Assembly (NCBI GenBank): GCA_963737155.1 | Contig: CAVTRN010000002.1 | Span: 1,152,001-1,216,000 of the forward strand | Direction of reading: 5' to 3' | Source: Nitrospirota bacterium | GTDB lineage: Bacteria; Nitrospirota; UBA9217 | Length of the DNA: 64,000 nt | Shown: positions 27,614 to 38,594 of the stretch, one piece after another | How the letters are laid out: each line of letters begins with the position of its first letter | Position numbering within the stretch: position 1 is the first letter of the stretch | Program-made: the position numbers and the translations under genes | The notes under the pieces: generated by a model | Told to the model about the DNA's origin: nothing | Database searches by the model: none | What the model saw: the letters and a program-made list of their open reading frames with translations, nothing else

Positions 27614-30214
27614 ATGGCACGGTTCGACAAACTTACTCTGAAGGCATCGGAAGCGGTGCAGGCCGCTCAGGACCTGGCAGCCAAGCGTCATCATCAAAAT
27701 ATCGAGGTAGAGCATCTCTTGCTCGCATTACTGGTGCAGCCGGGCGGTGTTGTGTTGCCCTTGATAAAAAAACTCGGTGCCGACGTTGGCGGAATTATAA
27801 CTGATATAGAGCAAAGTCTGGATCGGTTGCCGAAAGTTGAGGGGCTTGTGCAAACCTACCTCTCCCCGAGGCTTGGCAAGCTTTTCGAACGTGCGGAACA
27901 AGAAGCGGAGCGTTTGAAGGATGAGTATGTAAGTACTGAGCATCTGCTCATTGCCGCTGCAGACGGAGACGGCGTAGCGCGCGATATACTTTCCCATCAT
28001 GGTGTTACGCGGGATGGTATATTCACGGTTCTTGTCGATATCCGGGGTTCCCAGCGTGTGACGGACCAGAACCCCGAGGATAAGTATCAAGCCTTGACGA
28101 AGTATGGCAGGGATCTGACTGAAATGGCTCGCAAGGGGAAGCTGGATCCCGTGATCGGGAGGGACGAGGAAATCCGGCGTGTCGTTCAGGTCCTGTCACG
28201 GCGCACCAAGAACAACCCTGTGCTCATCGGAGAGCCGGGCGTGGGCAAAACCGCGATAGCCGAAGGGCTTGCGCAACGGATTGTGAACGGAGATGTTCCT
28301 GAGGGTCTCAAGAACAAACGGGTCGTTGCCCTCGATATGGGCGCGCTCATAGCTGGCGCCAAATACCGGGGCGAGTTCGAGGACCGCCTGAAAGCAGTAT
28401 TGAAGGAGGTAACGGAGGCGAGCGGAGAGGTGATCCTGTTTATTGATGAACTCCACACGGTCGTCGGCGCAGGAGCGACCGAAGGCTCGATGGACGCATC
28501 AAACATGCTGAAACCAGCTCTAGCGCGCGGCGAACTCCGGTGCGTCGGTGCCACGACGTTGAAAGAATATCGCAAATATGTGGAGAAGGATCCTGCCTTG
28601 GAGCGGCGGTTCCAACCAGTGCTTGTACGGGAACCTTCTGTCGAAGATACTATATCGATTCTCCGCGGCCTCAAAGAACGATACGAGGTCCATCATGGCG
28701 TCAAGATCAAGGACTCAGCGCTGGTGAGTGCGGCGATTCTTTCGCACCGCTACATTGCGGACCGCTTCCTGCCGGACAAGGCCATTGACCTGATCGACGA
28801 AGCCGCGTCGAGACTGCGCATGGAAATCGACAGCATGCCAACAGAACTTGATGAGGTCGAACGAAGAATAAGGCAACTTGAGATAGAGCGCGAGGCGGTC
28901 AAAAAGGAACAGGACCCCGCGTCGCGTGAACGGCTCGCTAAGATTGAACAAGAGATCGCCGATCTTTCGGAAAAGAAGGGCAGCCTTCGCACCCAGTGGC
29001 AGTCCGAGAAGGAGGGTATCCAGAAGATCAGATCCATCAAAGAACAGACTGAGCAGTCCAGGATCGAGGCCGACAAGGCCGAGCGGGAAGGGAATCTGGG
29101 ACGTGCCGCAGAGCTTCGCTACGGCAGGCTTCTCGAACTGCAAAAGCAGCTTGATGAGGAGTCGGTCCGCCTCCGTTCGATCCAGTCCCAGTCACAGATA
29201 TTAAAGGAAGAAGTCGACGAGGAGGATGTTGCCGAGATAGTGTCCAAGTGGACCGGCATCCCGGTGAGCAGGATGTTGGAGGGCGAGATGCAGAAGCTGC
29301 TACATATGGAAGACCGGCTCAGACTGCGGGTTGTGGGACAGGATGAGGCCATCAGCGCGATTTCCGATGCCGTACGCAGAGCGCGGGCAGGTATCCAGGA
29401 TCCGAACCGGCCGATTGGCAGTTTTATCTTCATGGGGCCCACGGGCGTAGGCAAGACGGAACTTGCCCGGGCTCTCGCCGAGTTCCTTTTCGATGATGAA
29501 CAGGCTATGATTCGCATAGACATGTCGGAGTATCAGGAACGCCATACTGTGTCCAGGCTCATCGGTGCGCCTCCGGGCTACGTTGGATACGAGGAGGGTG
29601 GCCAGCTCACCGAGGCGGTGCGGAGGCGGCCCTACTCGGTGGTCCTCCTCGATGAGATTGAGAAGGCCCATCCCGAAGTGTTCAATGTGCTGCTCCAGCT
29701 GCTTGATGACGGTAGACTGACTGATGGCCAGGGACGGACGGTAGATTTCAAAAATACGGTAGTCATCATGACGTCTAATATCGGCAGCCAGTTCATTCAG
29801 GACCTTCAGAATGATGAAGAGGAGATGCGGCGTAGAGTTACCGAAAGCATGCGTCAGCACTTCCGGCCGGAGTTTTTGAACCGCGTCGACGACATGATCA
29901 TTTTCCATCCACTTGACTCGGAAGTTCTCAAGCGGATCATCGATATTCAGGTCGGGTTCGTACAGAAGCGGTTATCCGACAGGAAGATTGAAATCGAGTT
30001 GACGGAAAGTGCGAAAGAGCTGCTTGCGGAGGAGGGTTTCGATCTTGTCTATGGTGCGCGGCCGTTGAAGAGGGTCATCCAGCGGGATGTTCTGAACCCG
30101 CTTGCCGGGAAGATGCTCGCCGGCGAGATAAAGGAGGGTTCCCGAGTAATGGTCGATCGTGCCAATCGGCATCTTACGTTCCGGACAATCGATCAGACCG
30201 TCGAAGCTCGGTAA
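27614..30214 (+). CDS. clpB: ATP-dependent chaperone ClpB
   Basis: Two AAA+ modules ([16 protein letters not shown]) with a long coiled-coil M domain. Confidence 0.98.
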   Translation: MARFDKLTLKASEAVQAAQDLAAKRHHQNIEVEHLLLALLVQPGGVVLPLIKKLGADVGGIITDIEQSLDRLPKVEGLVQTYLSPRLGKLFERAEQEAERLKDEYVSTEHLLIAAADGDGVARDILSHHGVTRDGIFTVLVDIRGSQRVTDQNPEDKYQALTKYGRDLTEMARKGKLDPVIGRDEEIRRVVQVLSRRTKNNPVLIGEPGVGKTAIAEGLAQRIVNGDVPEGLKNKRVVALDMGALIAGAKYRGEFEDRLKAVLKEVTEASGEVILFIDELHTVVGAGATEGSMDASNMLKPALARGELRCVGATTLKEYRKYVEKDPALERRFQPVLVREPSVEDTISILRGLKERYEVHHGVKIKDSALVSAAILSHRYIADRFLPDKAIDLIDEAASRLRMEIDSMPTELDEVERRIRQLEIEREAVKKEQDPASRERLAKIEQEIADLSEKKGSLRTQWQSEKEGIQKIRSIKEQTEQSRIEADKAEREGNLGRAAELRYGRLLELQKQLDEESVRLRSIQSQSQILKEEVDEEDVAEIVSKWTGIPVSRMLEGEMQKLLHMEDRLRLRVVGQDEAISAISDAVRRARAGIQDPNRPIGSFIFMGPTGVGKTELARALAEFLFDDEQAMIRIDMSEYQERHTVSRLIGAPPGYVGYEEGGQLTEAVRRRPYSVVLLDEIEKAHPEVFNVLLQLLDDGRLTDGQGRTVDFKNTVVIMTSNIGSQFIQDLQNDEEEMRRRVTESMRQHFRPEFLNRVDDMIIFHPLDSEVLKRIIDIQVGFVQKRLSDRKIEIELTESAKELLAEEGFDLVYGARPLKRVIQRDVLNPLAGKMLAGEIKEGSRVMVDRANRHLTFRTIDQTVEAR

Positions 30215-30249
30215 CATCGGAAAGCGTTAAAAACTGATTAACTTTTTAT

Positions 30250-30393
30250 AAAACAGTCCTGAAATACCCAGCAGCTTGCTGCTGGGATGAAAAGGACATC
30301 CTGGCGAAGCCAGGATAAGTCTTCAGCTTCTTTGTTGTGCTTTTTTAAGGTTTCAAGTTCCGATGCCCCGCAGCTTGCTGCGGGGTAATTCAC
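30250..30393 (+). mobile_element. 144-bp IS200/IS605-family MITE, copy 2
   Basis: Identical to 3847..3990, again directly after TTAT. Confidence 0.9.
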
Positions 30394-30834
30394 TTATAAA
30401 CGCTTCATGAAGCTGAGCTCGGGGCAAGAAACAAGGGATTACATAATTACTGCTTGGAATTCGTGACACACTGGCAGGTTGCCGGATAAGCTCATCAAAT
30501 GCCTATCCGGAGCAATCATCATACTGGAAAAGATTTCGTTTCTGGTGCTGTTGCTCTTTATTTGCGTAATACACAATCTTGGGCGGCTGTCAGCATTTGC
30601 TTTGGTGAAGGGTTGAGATCTGTTTATTATTAATTTGTATAATATACTATTCTGACATGACGATAGTTTGTTTGAATATGAGAGAACAGCAAATATCCGT
30701 TTCCTGCGGTTTTCAATTCATAATACGTCGGCATCTGCAGCAGGACATAGGCGAATAATATTTATGGTTTAAAAAAGAAAAATGTGCTATAGTTTAAACG
30801 AGATAGTGACATTTATATCCTCTGTAGGTGGGGT

Positions 30835-31980
30835 ATGACCAAAACCAAAATGCCAACCGGGAAAAAGACGGGCAAGGCGGCTGTACACGATCGGGACTTT
30901 AAAGCCCTTTTCTATCGTAAACTCACCGAAACTCATCTTTTCTATGAAGTTGGAAGGATCATCGCTTCGGAGCTAGAACCCACCGAACTAATACAGAAAA
31001 TTATTATCACGATTGGAAAGACGGTTAATTTTGAGGATGCTTCCGTCTATGTGCTCAGAAAAGATCTATCCGGACTGGAACCACGCTATCTTCATAATCC
31101 TCTTCTGCAGTCAAGGATGACGGATGTCATCTTTTTCGACAATGGAGCACCAGGGGCGATCGCCGCAGGTGGCGAGCCGATTTTCCTTGATGACACCGCG
31201 TTGTTCGAAAGCTTCCTTCACCATCCCGACGAGCGCAAGGAACAGGGCAGCTACATCGGGATCCCTCTTAAGAACGAAAATCGGATCGTTGGCGTAATGG
31301 GTTTCAGCCACAGTAAGACCTCTGCGTTTCGGGTCGAAGATTTTGATCTCCTCCGGACGCTGTCCCACCTGATCTCCACCGGTCTGGATAAAGCCGAACT
31401 GTTCAAAAAAACGCTGGAACTTTCCCGTATCGACGAACTCACAGGACTGCTCAATTACCGGGTGCTTATTGAGAAGATCGAAGAGGAAATCCGCAGAAAG
31501 CTCCGCACCGGCAGGAAGTTTTCGTTTGTCATGATTGATATTGACGACTTCAAGCGCGTCAATGACCGCTACGGCCACCTTGAAGGGAGCAGGCTGATTG
31601 CCCAGATGGGACCGTTGCTCAAAGCGGCATGCAGGACCGGCAGCACCGATACCTGCTTCCGATATGGTGGAGAGGAGTTTTCCATTCTCCTGGCGGAGAC
31701 CGATATTGATGAAGCGCTTGCCGTTGCCGAACGTGTTCGGAAGTGCATTGAGGAATATCCCTTCACTCTAAAGGTGGCCCATCCCTATGAAAAAGTGACT
31801 GTCAGCCTCGGCGTTGCCACTATGGAAGAAGGCTGCATGAAGACCACCCCGGAACTGATTCATGAAGCCGACGTCGCGCTTTACCGCTCGAAAGCCATGG
31901 GGAAAAACAAGGTGACATGCTTCAGCGAATCATTCAGCATGCCGGGCATGAAGAACGAGGGTGATCCGGGGGCGGTTTAA
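30835..31980 (+). CDS. GAF-domain diguanylate cyclase
   Basis: GAF region; DELTGLLN, DIDDFKRVND.YGH, RYGGEEF. Confidence 0.93.
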   Translation: MTKTKMPTGKKTGKAAVHDRDFKALFYRKLTETHLFYEVGRIIASELEPTELIQKIIITIGKTVNFEDASVYVLRKDLSGLEPRYLHNPLLQSRMTDVIFFDNGAPGAIAAGGEPIFLDDTALFESFLHHPDERKEQGSYIGIPLKNENRIVGVMGFSHSKTSAFRVEDFDLLRTLSHLISTGLDKAELFKKTLELSRIDELTGLLNYRVLIEKIEEEIRRKLRTGRKFSFVMIDIDDFKRVNDRYGHLEGSRLIAQMGPLLKAACRTGSTDTCFRYGGEEFSILLAETDIDEALAVAERVRKCIEEYPFTLKVAHPYEKVTVSLGVATMEEGCMKTTPELIHEADVALYRSKAMGKNKVTCFSESFSMPGMKNEGDPGAV

Positions 31981-32034
31981 GCCGTCACGCAGTTTTCCAG
32001 TGGGTACGTTGTTACACAGAGAGTGGCTATTTTG

Positions 32035-32208
32035 TCAAAAACAACCCAGTTGGCATGAATCAATTCTGATGTTCACATCATTGCAGATTGCCCCAATTTC
32101 CTGCAGCGAGACTTTAAGTAACTGGGACAACTCATGGGCTTTTTCGCATGAGAGCCGATTGTTTTCCGAGGCCCTCTGTATCGCGTCGATGACTTTATCC
32201 CGATCCAT
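32035..32208 (-). CDS. Small hypothetical protein (57 aa) ending CQLGCF
   Basis: GAGGAGG RBS; four Cys; HTH-like spacing. Confidence 0.75.
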   Translation of the reverse strand: MDRDKVIDAIQRASENNRLSCEKAHELSQLLKVSLQEIGAICNDVNIRIDSCQLGCF

Positions 32209-32474
32209 CCTTCCTCCTCGATCTCTAGAATAACTTCCAACGTATTTGAATTTGCTCCGGACTTGATCCCTGCCGTGGCCCTCTCCCTGAGGTGAGAAGG
32301 ATTGACGTCTTCTACGCACAATCACCGTTCCGGCTTGAACTCTGGTCCGCGCATTCCCCCTGCTAGGCGCGAAGCGCCAGGAGGCGGGTCAAGCGGACTG
32401 GTGTTGGTTTAAATTCCCGCTTAGATTCCTGTGTTTGCAATATTGCGTTGTGTAGTTGTGCTATAATATCTCGC

Positions 32475-33950
32475 ATGGCACCAGTAACAAGCGGAGTTAA
32501 ATTCAGGGCTTATCCGACGGAGAAACAGCAAGAGAAACTGTCTCAGTGGCTCGGCTGCCAGCGTCTAATATACAACAGTAAAGTTTCAGAATCGCTGTAT
32601 TTCTACACCTTCAGGAAACACTCCCTTTCTTTAACCGGTATACAGCTGCCAAACGATCAACAATACTCGCAGTTTAAGGATAAAGAGCTCACCCCGTTTT
32701 TGTACGAGCTGCCTTCACAAGTACTCCGTAATGGCGCCGTCCGATTTATGGGCGCTCAACAGCGGTTTATCAAAGGGCTTGCCGAGCGTCCAACGTTCAA
32801 GAAGAAGTCTGGTCGCCAGACTGTTTGGCTTACCAATGAACTGTTTCGTTTCAAGCCCACCGGCAAACGCAAAAGCAGCCACAAAACCAAGCAGGGTAAA
32901 ACAATCTACGAGCACAAGCTGATGATCGGCACAAAAACACACAACCTCGGAGAATTGCGTTTTAAAGCGGATACGGGATACGATTTACCGATGACTATTA
33001 CAATTGCGCGGGATGCCGGTAAGTGGTTTGTCTCCTTCTCCTATGCAGCGTCTGATGACCTCAGTTTATCGGAATCCGATCTTATCGCCCGTTACTCAGC
33101 GATGAACGCCCAAAATCTCGATAAAATCACGATGGGCGTAGACCGTGGTGTCGCTATCCCTGCTGTAACAAGCGCCGATGAAAATCACGACTACACTGAC
33201 AATCAAAAAAACAACCTCGTTAAAAAAGAAGCCCGCCGGAAACGTTACCAGCGAGTAATGGCCCGCAGACAAAAAGGGTCAGGTCGCTGGAAGCGCGCAA
33301 ATATTAAAGTCTCAAGCTGCCATGCACATGCAGCCCATGTCCGCTTAGACTTCGCCCACAAAACCAGCCGAAAACTGGTTGATTCCGATGCAGAAATCAT
33401 CGTATTCGAGGACCTTAAAGTCAAGAACATGACCAAAGCGCCGGAACCTAAACCAGCAGATAACGGTACGGGTGCATATCTTCCCAACGGAGCTGTCGCC
33501 AAGGCAGGACTCAATAAAGCGATCCTCGAGTCCGCCTGGGGCAAAGTAAAGCTGTTCACCACGTACAAGGCCAAAAGAGCAAACAAACTCGTCATAGCCG
33601 TACCGCCGCACTGCACGTCGCAGGAGTGTTCGAAGTGTTCGCACACTCACCCGGGTAATCGCCAGTCTCAGGCGATATTCGAATGCCAATGCTGCGGATT
33701 TACAGCAAACGCCGACTTTAATGCATCCGTCTCTGTCAAAAACAGGGGTATCCGGATGCTGGTCGTCGGCGAGATTGCCATAAAGCAAACAAAGCGTGCC
33801 ATGCGGTTAAAGAAAAAGCAGCAACTAGGGCCGGAACGGTCCGAAGTCACGCGCGGGGAGATGGAAGTAAGACGCTCTGAGGGCACATGCTTTCAGGTCG
33901 CATCCGTCGGGAACCGTGAAACCCCCACTACAACCGTTCTTACGATTTAG
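32475..33950 (+). CDS. tnpB: RNA-guided endonuclease TnpB
   Basis: KFRAYPT N-terminus; RuvC GVDRG / FEDL / NADFNA intact; CSKC...CQCC zinc ribbon. Confidence 0.93.
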   Translation: MAPVTSGVKFRAYPTEKQQEKLSQWLGCQRLIYNSKVSESLYFYTFRKHSLSLTGIQLPNDQQYSQFKDKELTPFLYELPSQVLRNGAVRFMGAQQRFIKGLAERPTFKKKSGRQTVWLTNELFRFKPTGKRKSSHKTKQGKTIYEHKLMIGTKTHNLGELRFKADTGYDLPMTITIARDAGKWFVSFSYAASDDLSLSESDLIARYSAMNAQNLDKITMGVDRGVAIPAVTSADENHDYTDNQKNNLVKKEARRKRYQRVMARRQKGSGRWKRANIKVSSCHAHAAHVRLDFAHKTSRKLVDSDAEIIVFEDLKVKNMTKAPEPKPADNGTGAYLPNGAVAKAGLNKAILESAWGKVKLFTTYKAKRANKLVIAVPPHCTSQECSKCSHTHPGNRQSQAIFECQCCGFTANADFNASVSVKNRGIRMLVVGEIAIKQTKRAMRLKKKQQLGPERSEVTRGEMEVRRSEGTCFQVASVGNRETPTTTVLTI

Positions 33951-33966
33951 TGGCGGGAGAGTTCAT
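33826..33966 (+). ncRNA. Putative omegaRNA/reRNA scaffold overlapping the tnpB 3' end
   Basis: GGGCCGGAACGGTCC..ACGCGCGGGGAGA..GAAACCCCCACTA..TAGTGGCGGG..TTCAT architecture typical of TnpB right ends. 5' boundary approximate. Confidence 0.65.
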
Positions 33967-34191
33967 AATGTATTATTGAGCTTTAGCAATATACAGATAT
34001 ATAATAGGAAGCGCAGGGGAATGCAACCATGCAGTTGGAGCAGACCCTGCTTCATAAAGGTACGCTGCGGTAGTTAAAGATGGATTGTTGCTCCGTCGTC
34101 TTTGCGGAGCGTTCCTTTATTGTTTCCTTTGTTGACTTGTCTCCACCGCTTGGATAAAATGGACTAGATTCCCATCAAGGAGGAGAGCTGT

Positions 34192-35124
34192 ATGGCACAA
34201 GTGTTCGATGCAATTATCATCGGTTCAGGTCCGGCAGGACTTACAGCTGCGCTTTATCTCGGCAGAGCAGGTCAGAAGTGCGTAGTGCTCGAAAAGGATT
34301 TTGTCGGCGGTTATACCGCAAAGATTGCCCATATTGAGAACTATCCCGGCTATGAGACCATTAACGGCTTGGATCTTACACAGATTATGGCCAAACAGGC
34401 GGAGAAGTTCGGCGCGACAATCGTATATCCTGTGGAAGTGGTGGACATGGAACTGCAGGGAGAGCTCAAACGGGTGCGCACGCGCGAGGAGGTATACGAA
34501 TCCCCCGCCGTGGTCATTGCGATTGGCGTCGCGAGAAAGAAGCTTGAGGTCCCCGGTGCAAAAGAATTTCTTGGGAAAGGAGTATCCTACTGTGCCACCT
34601 GCGACGGAAATTTTTTCAAAGGGAGAAAAGTAGCCGTTATCGGATCGGACAATGAGGCTGCTGAAGAGGCGCTTCATTTGGCCGACTTGGCTGAGAAAGT
34701 AACGATGATCCCGCATCGGGAACTCGACGTCGTGACCGCAGTCAAAAACCGTCTCAAGTCGAAGCCGCACGTGGAAATCCTTGCTCAATCGAAGGTCCAT
34801 TCTGTCATCGGCGACGAGATTGTTACGGGAATCATAATATCCCGGGACGGCGTGGAGGAGATTCTCCCTTTGGATGGCGTATTTATCGCCATGGGTTCTA
34901 CGCCGATCTCGCAGCTGATTCTGCGGGCAGGAGGGCTGACGGATGACCGCGGTTGTCTCATCGTGGACAAACACCAGCGCATGAATCTTGAAGGGGTGTT
35001 CGCCGCCGGAGACTGCACCTGCGGCGGAATGCAGATTGTAGCTGCTGCGGGTGAGGGTTCGGTTGCGGGTATGCGGGCGGCATCATATGTGCGCAAGGTC
35101 AAAGCCAAGGCGGCGGGCAAATAA
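34192..35124 (+). CDS. trxB: Thioredoxin reductase-family flavoprotein (NADPH motifs degenerate)
   Basis: GSGPAG, GVSYCATCDG, FAAGD. Confidence 0.88.
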   Translation: MAQVFDAIIIGSGPAGLTAALYLGRAGQKCVVLEKDFVGGYTAKIAHIENYPGYETINGLDLTQIMAKQAEKFGATIVYPVEVVDMELQGELKRVRTREEVYESPAVVIAIGVARKKLEVPGAKEFLGKGVSYCATCDGNFFKGRKVAVIGSDNEAAEEALHLADLAEKVTMIPHRELDVVTAVKNRLKSKPHVEILAQSKVHSVIGDEIVTGIIISRDGVEEILPLDGVFIAMGSTPISQLILRAGGLTDDRGCLIVDKHQRMNLEGVFAAGDCTCGGMQIVAAAGEGSVAGMRAASYVRKVKAKAAGK

Positions 35125-35269
35125 AAAAGCTGATCTTTACCACCTCAATCTCCGCGAGAACACAAGGCGGCATGAGCGGAACTCCACGGCGGGCGGTGAT
35201 TGAAGACCGAGAGTTCCGTTTTTATTTTTGGAGTTGTCCCCGGGATTTGATAGTCACCATGGAGAATGC

Positions 35270-36550
35270 ATGACTATAAAAGATATGCTCGGCAGGAGTG
35301 GTGTCGTATCAAGCGCAGATGCACTCAAAATCCTGTATGAGCACCTCGTTCTTCCTGATCTTCCTCAGGAAGAAATTTTTATCAGCGCTGCGCTTGGACG
35401 AATTCTTGCGGAGGCCATATTTTCTCCTGTTGATCTTCCCGAGTTCGATCGCTCGACTATGGACGGCTATGCGGTCAGAAGCGTCGACACCTTCGGCGCA
35501 GCGGAATCTAGGCCTGCACTCCTTGCTGTGGTCGGCGACATCCTCATGGGAACCCTGCCCGATCGAGCAATTACAAAAGGCGAAACTATGAAAATCGCCA
35601 CAGGCGGAGCTCTTCCGGACGGCGCGGACGCCGTGGTAATGTTCGAGCAGACCCAGCCGATAAATACGGCAAGTATAGAGGTTGTCAAACCCGTTGCGCC
35701 GTTTGAAAATGTGGTGCAGAGGGGCGATGATATCAGAAAGGGAGAAGTCATCCTGAGCCGCAGGCATCGGATACGGCCGCAGGATATGTCTGCCCTTGCC
35801 TCGGTGGGGATCACGCGCATCAACGTCCTGAAGCGGCCGCGAATAGCGATCATTTCCACGGGAAACGAGATCGTTCCCGCGGATAGCGTTCCCGGACCTG
35901 GACAGATACGCGACAGCAATTCCTATAATCTTGAGGGTTTGATCTATCAGGCTGGGGGCTTGCCCGTAAAGAAAGGCATCATCCGTGATGAGTATGCCCT
36001 CCTTAGGGAAACACTGGGCGCGGCAATAAGTGACAGCGAACTGGTTCTGATGACTGGTGGTAGTTCGGTCGGTACTGCCGATTTGACTGCCAGGGTAATC
36101 AATGATGCGGGACAACCGGGAGTCCTTGTCCACGGGGTTTCCCTCAAACCGGGCAAGCCGCTCGTAGTCGGTCTCGTCGGCTCTTTGCATGGGCATGTTC
36201 CGGTTTTCGGATTGCCGGGACATCCTGCTGCGGTCAGCATCTGCTTCGAAGTCTTCGTGAAACCCCTTCTCGCCCGTATGTCCGGCGAAATTCCAAATCC
36301 CGCCCTGGAGGAAGTGCCTGTTTTTCGTACGGTCAAGGCACGTCTCGCGCGTAGCATTGCTTCGAGCCCCGGCCGCGAAGACCACGTTCGGGTTACTCTT
36401 GAAAAGCGGGAAGATGGTCTCTGGGCGCGGCCTGTTTTCGGAGCCTCGGGGCTCATCAGCACCCTGGTAAAGGCCGTAGGCACCGTCGTGATCCCGATCA
36501 ACAAGATCGGGATCGAGACGGGTGAGGAAGTGGAAGTGAGGTTGTTCTAG
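35270..36550 (+). CDS. moeA: Molybdopterin molybdotransferase MoeA
   Basis: STMDGYAV, IATGG.LP.GADAV, STGNE, KPGKP, GLPGHP. Confidence 0.95.
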   Translation: MTIKDMLGRSGVVSSADALKILYEHLVLPDLPQEEIFISAALGRILAEAIFSPVDLPEFDRSTMDGYAVRSVDTFGAAESRPALLAVVGDILMGTLPDRAITKGETMKIATGGALPDGADAVVMFEQTQPINTASIEVVKPVAPFENVVQRGDDIRKGEVILSRRHRIRPQDMSALASVGITRINVLKRPRIAIISTGNEIVPADSVPGPGQIRDSNSYNLEGLIYQAGGLPVKKGIIRDEYALLRETLGAAISDSELVLMTGGSSVGTADLTARVINDAGQPGVLVHGVSLKPGKPLVVGLVGSLHGHVPVFGLPGHPAAVSICFEVFVKPLLARMSGEIPNPALEEVPVFRTVKARLARSIASSPGREDHVRVTLEKREDGLWARPVFGASGLISTLVKAVGTVVIPINKIGIETGEEVEVRLF

Positions 36551-36665
36551 CGGCATTTCCCCCAAGGACAAGCAGAGGATCCACCCTAAAAAAATACGAT
36601 TCACGACAATCACGACAATAATGAAGTTGACAACACATAGCCGTACTTTTTGAAACCGTCAATCT

Positions 36666-38594
36666 ATGCACAAACAAAAAAAATATCTAGACAATCAGCC
36701 GCTTTCCAACGCAATCCAAGGGTTTCGCGAAGCATTGATCGCAGCGGACGTCGGCGGACCACTTGCCGGAGAGCGCATGCTAGTTGACGATTCGCTTGGT
36801 CGGGTCACCTCGGAAGCCGTTATCGCGAAGATATCATCGCCCTTTTATCATTCTGCTGCTATGGATGGCGTCGCTGTCCGCTTCATCGATACCTTTGGCG
36901 CGTCCGAGATCAGGCCGAAGCGGCTTACTATGCCCGAACAGGCCATGTTTGTGGATACCGGTGACCCGATGCCCAACGGATATGATGCTGTGATCATGAT
37001 CGAGGATGTGGAAAAAATATCGGAGTCGGAGCTCGAGATCTTGAAACCGGCAACCCCCTGGCAGCACGTGCGTTTGGTCGGCGAAGATATCGTTGCCACC
37101 GAGCTTATTATCCCGGAAAACACCATCGTCCGTCCCGTTGATATGGCGGCGATGATCGCGTCCGGCCATACGTCCGTTATGGTCCGCCGCCGGCCCGTAG
37201 TCTCGATTATCCCCACGGGGACAGAGCTCGTTGAGCCAGGCAGCGCACTGAAAAAGGGTTGCATCATTGACTTTAATTCGGTGATGCTTTCAGCCATGGC
37301 TGTGGAGTGCGGTGCCAATGGGGTGCGAAAAAAAATCGTCAAGGATGATGTCGCACTGCTCGGGAAAACGATCATTGAAGCCCATGCTGAATCGGATATT
37401 GTCGTGATCAACGCCGGTTCATCGGCTGGCAGGGAAGACTTTACCGCCGATGTGATCGCCGGACTTGGTGACGTCGTTGTGCACGGAGTCAACATCAAAC
37501 CAGGCAAGCCTGTAATCCTTGGAATTGTACGAGGAAAGCCGGTTATTGGTATACCCGGCTATCCCGTGTCGGCGGCGCTCACCTTCAATCTATTTGTGAA
37601 ACCGCTCATATACTCCCTCCTTGGCATCACGCCCTCTAGTCTGGGAACGATAACGGCAAAACTCAGCAGGCAGGTAGCTTCTTCACTCGGCCAGGAGGAG
37701 TTCATCCGCGTGAAACTCGGTCGCGTTGGCGATAGCCTGGTCGTTACGCCCGTGAGTCGGGGAGCGGGCGCACTCATGTCACTTGTCCGTGCCGATGGCA
37801 TCATTCGCGTTCCTGCGGCGAACGAAGGGATCGCCGCGGGCCACGAGGTCATGGTGGAGCTTCTCCGGCCGAGTCGTGATATTGAGAAGACCATTGTTTG
37901 CATCGGCTCCCACGACAACGCACTGGACGTGCTCGGTAATTTTCTCAAGAAGAAACATGCGGAGTTTACGCTCTCATCGGCGCATGTGGGGAGCATGGGC
38001 GGACTATTGGCACTCAAACGTGGAGAAGCCCATCTGGCGGGAACGCATTTGCTCGACGAACAAACTGGTGAATACAATGTCGGTTATATTACAAAAATGC
38101 TTCCTGATGCCGGAACCATGCTCGTGAACCTGGTTTACCGCACCCAGGGTTTCATCGTGCCCAAAGGCAACCCAAAAAGCGTGAAAGGTTTTGAGGATCT
38201 TACACGCAGTGACGTATCGTTCGTGAATCGACAGGCGGGCGCGGGAACGCGACTCTTGACGGATCTCCACCTCAGGCGATTAAATATTGACCCGAGGAAT
38301 GTAAAAGGGTATGATCACGTGGAATACACTCATATGGCTGTGGCTGCTGCAGTTCTTTCCGGTGCGGCCGACACCGGGGTCGGCGTGCTCTCGGCGGCCC
38401 AGGCACTGGACCTGGATTTTATTCCGGTGGCGAGGGAGCGATATGATCTTGCGATCCCAAAACAGTTTTACGATACACCCATGCTGAAGGCGTTACTCTC
38501 CATTATCCGGGACGACAAAGCATTTCGCGATCAAATCGTAAGCATGGGCGGGTATGATGTTTCAGACATGGGGAAAATAATGGCCGTGCTTTAA
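36666..38594 (+). CDS. moeA2: MoeA fused to a periplasmic-binding-protein-like (molybdate/tungstate) domain
   Basis: MoeA motifs followed by GSHD, VGSMGG, FVNRQAGAGTR, EYTH.AVA. Confidence 0.92.
   Translation: MHKQKKYLDNQPLSNAIQGFREALIAADVGGPLAGERMLVDDSLGRVTSEAVIAKISSPFYHSAAMDGVAVRFIDTFGASEIRPKRLTMPEQAMFVDTGDPMPNGYDAVIMIEDVEKISESELEILKPATPWQHVRLVGEDIVATELIIPENTIVRPVDMAAMIASGHTSVMVRRRPVVSIIPTGTELVEPGSALKKGCIIDFNSVMLSAMAVECGANGVRKKIVKDDVALLGKTIIEAHAESDIVVINAGSSAGREDFTADVIAGLGDVVVHGVNIKPGKPVILGIVRGKPVIGIPGYPVSAALTFNLFVKPLIYSLLGITPSSLGTITAKLSRQVASSLGQEEFIRVKLGRVGDSLVVTPVSRGAGALMSLVRADGIIRVPAANEGIAAGHEVMVELLRPSRDIEKTIVCIGSHDNALDVLGNFLKKKHAEFTLSSAHVGSMGGLLALKRGEAHLAGTHLLDEQTGEYNVGYITKMLPDAGTMLVNLVYRTQGFIVPKGNPKSVKGFEDLTRSDVSFVNRQAGAGTRLLTDLHLRRLNIDPRNVKGYDHVEYTHMAVAAAVLSGAADTGVGVLSAAQALDLDFIPVARERYDLAIPKQFYDTPMLKALLSIIRDDKAFRDQIVSMGGYDVSDMGKIMAVL

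Larger units (their letters stand above)
32340..33966 (+). mobile_element. IS200/IS605-family (IS1341-type, tnpB-only) element
   Basis: Bulged hairpins CCCCC...GGCGGG at both ends. Guide tetramers CATT and GAAA match cleavage sites (T)TGAA at 32335-32339 and TCAT at 33963-33966. Confidence 0.75.

Noticed and set aside
32255-32400. Stand-alone structured ncRNA (6S/SRP/riboswitch-like)
   Set aside because: No family motif found. The main hairpin is better explained as the left end of the tnpB element, and the rest as a short REP-like palindrome.
35125-35269. Moco/Tuco riboswitch upstream of moeA
   Set aside because: Only a GGAACTC/GAGTTCC stem; consensus elements not recognised.
35309-36613. 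Long antisense ORFs (e.g. 434 aa opposite moeA, 353 aa opposite lhr, 322 aa opposite dxs)
   Set aside because: Shadow ORFs of well-supported genes; no motifs or RBS.
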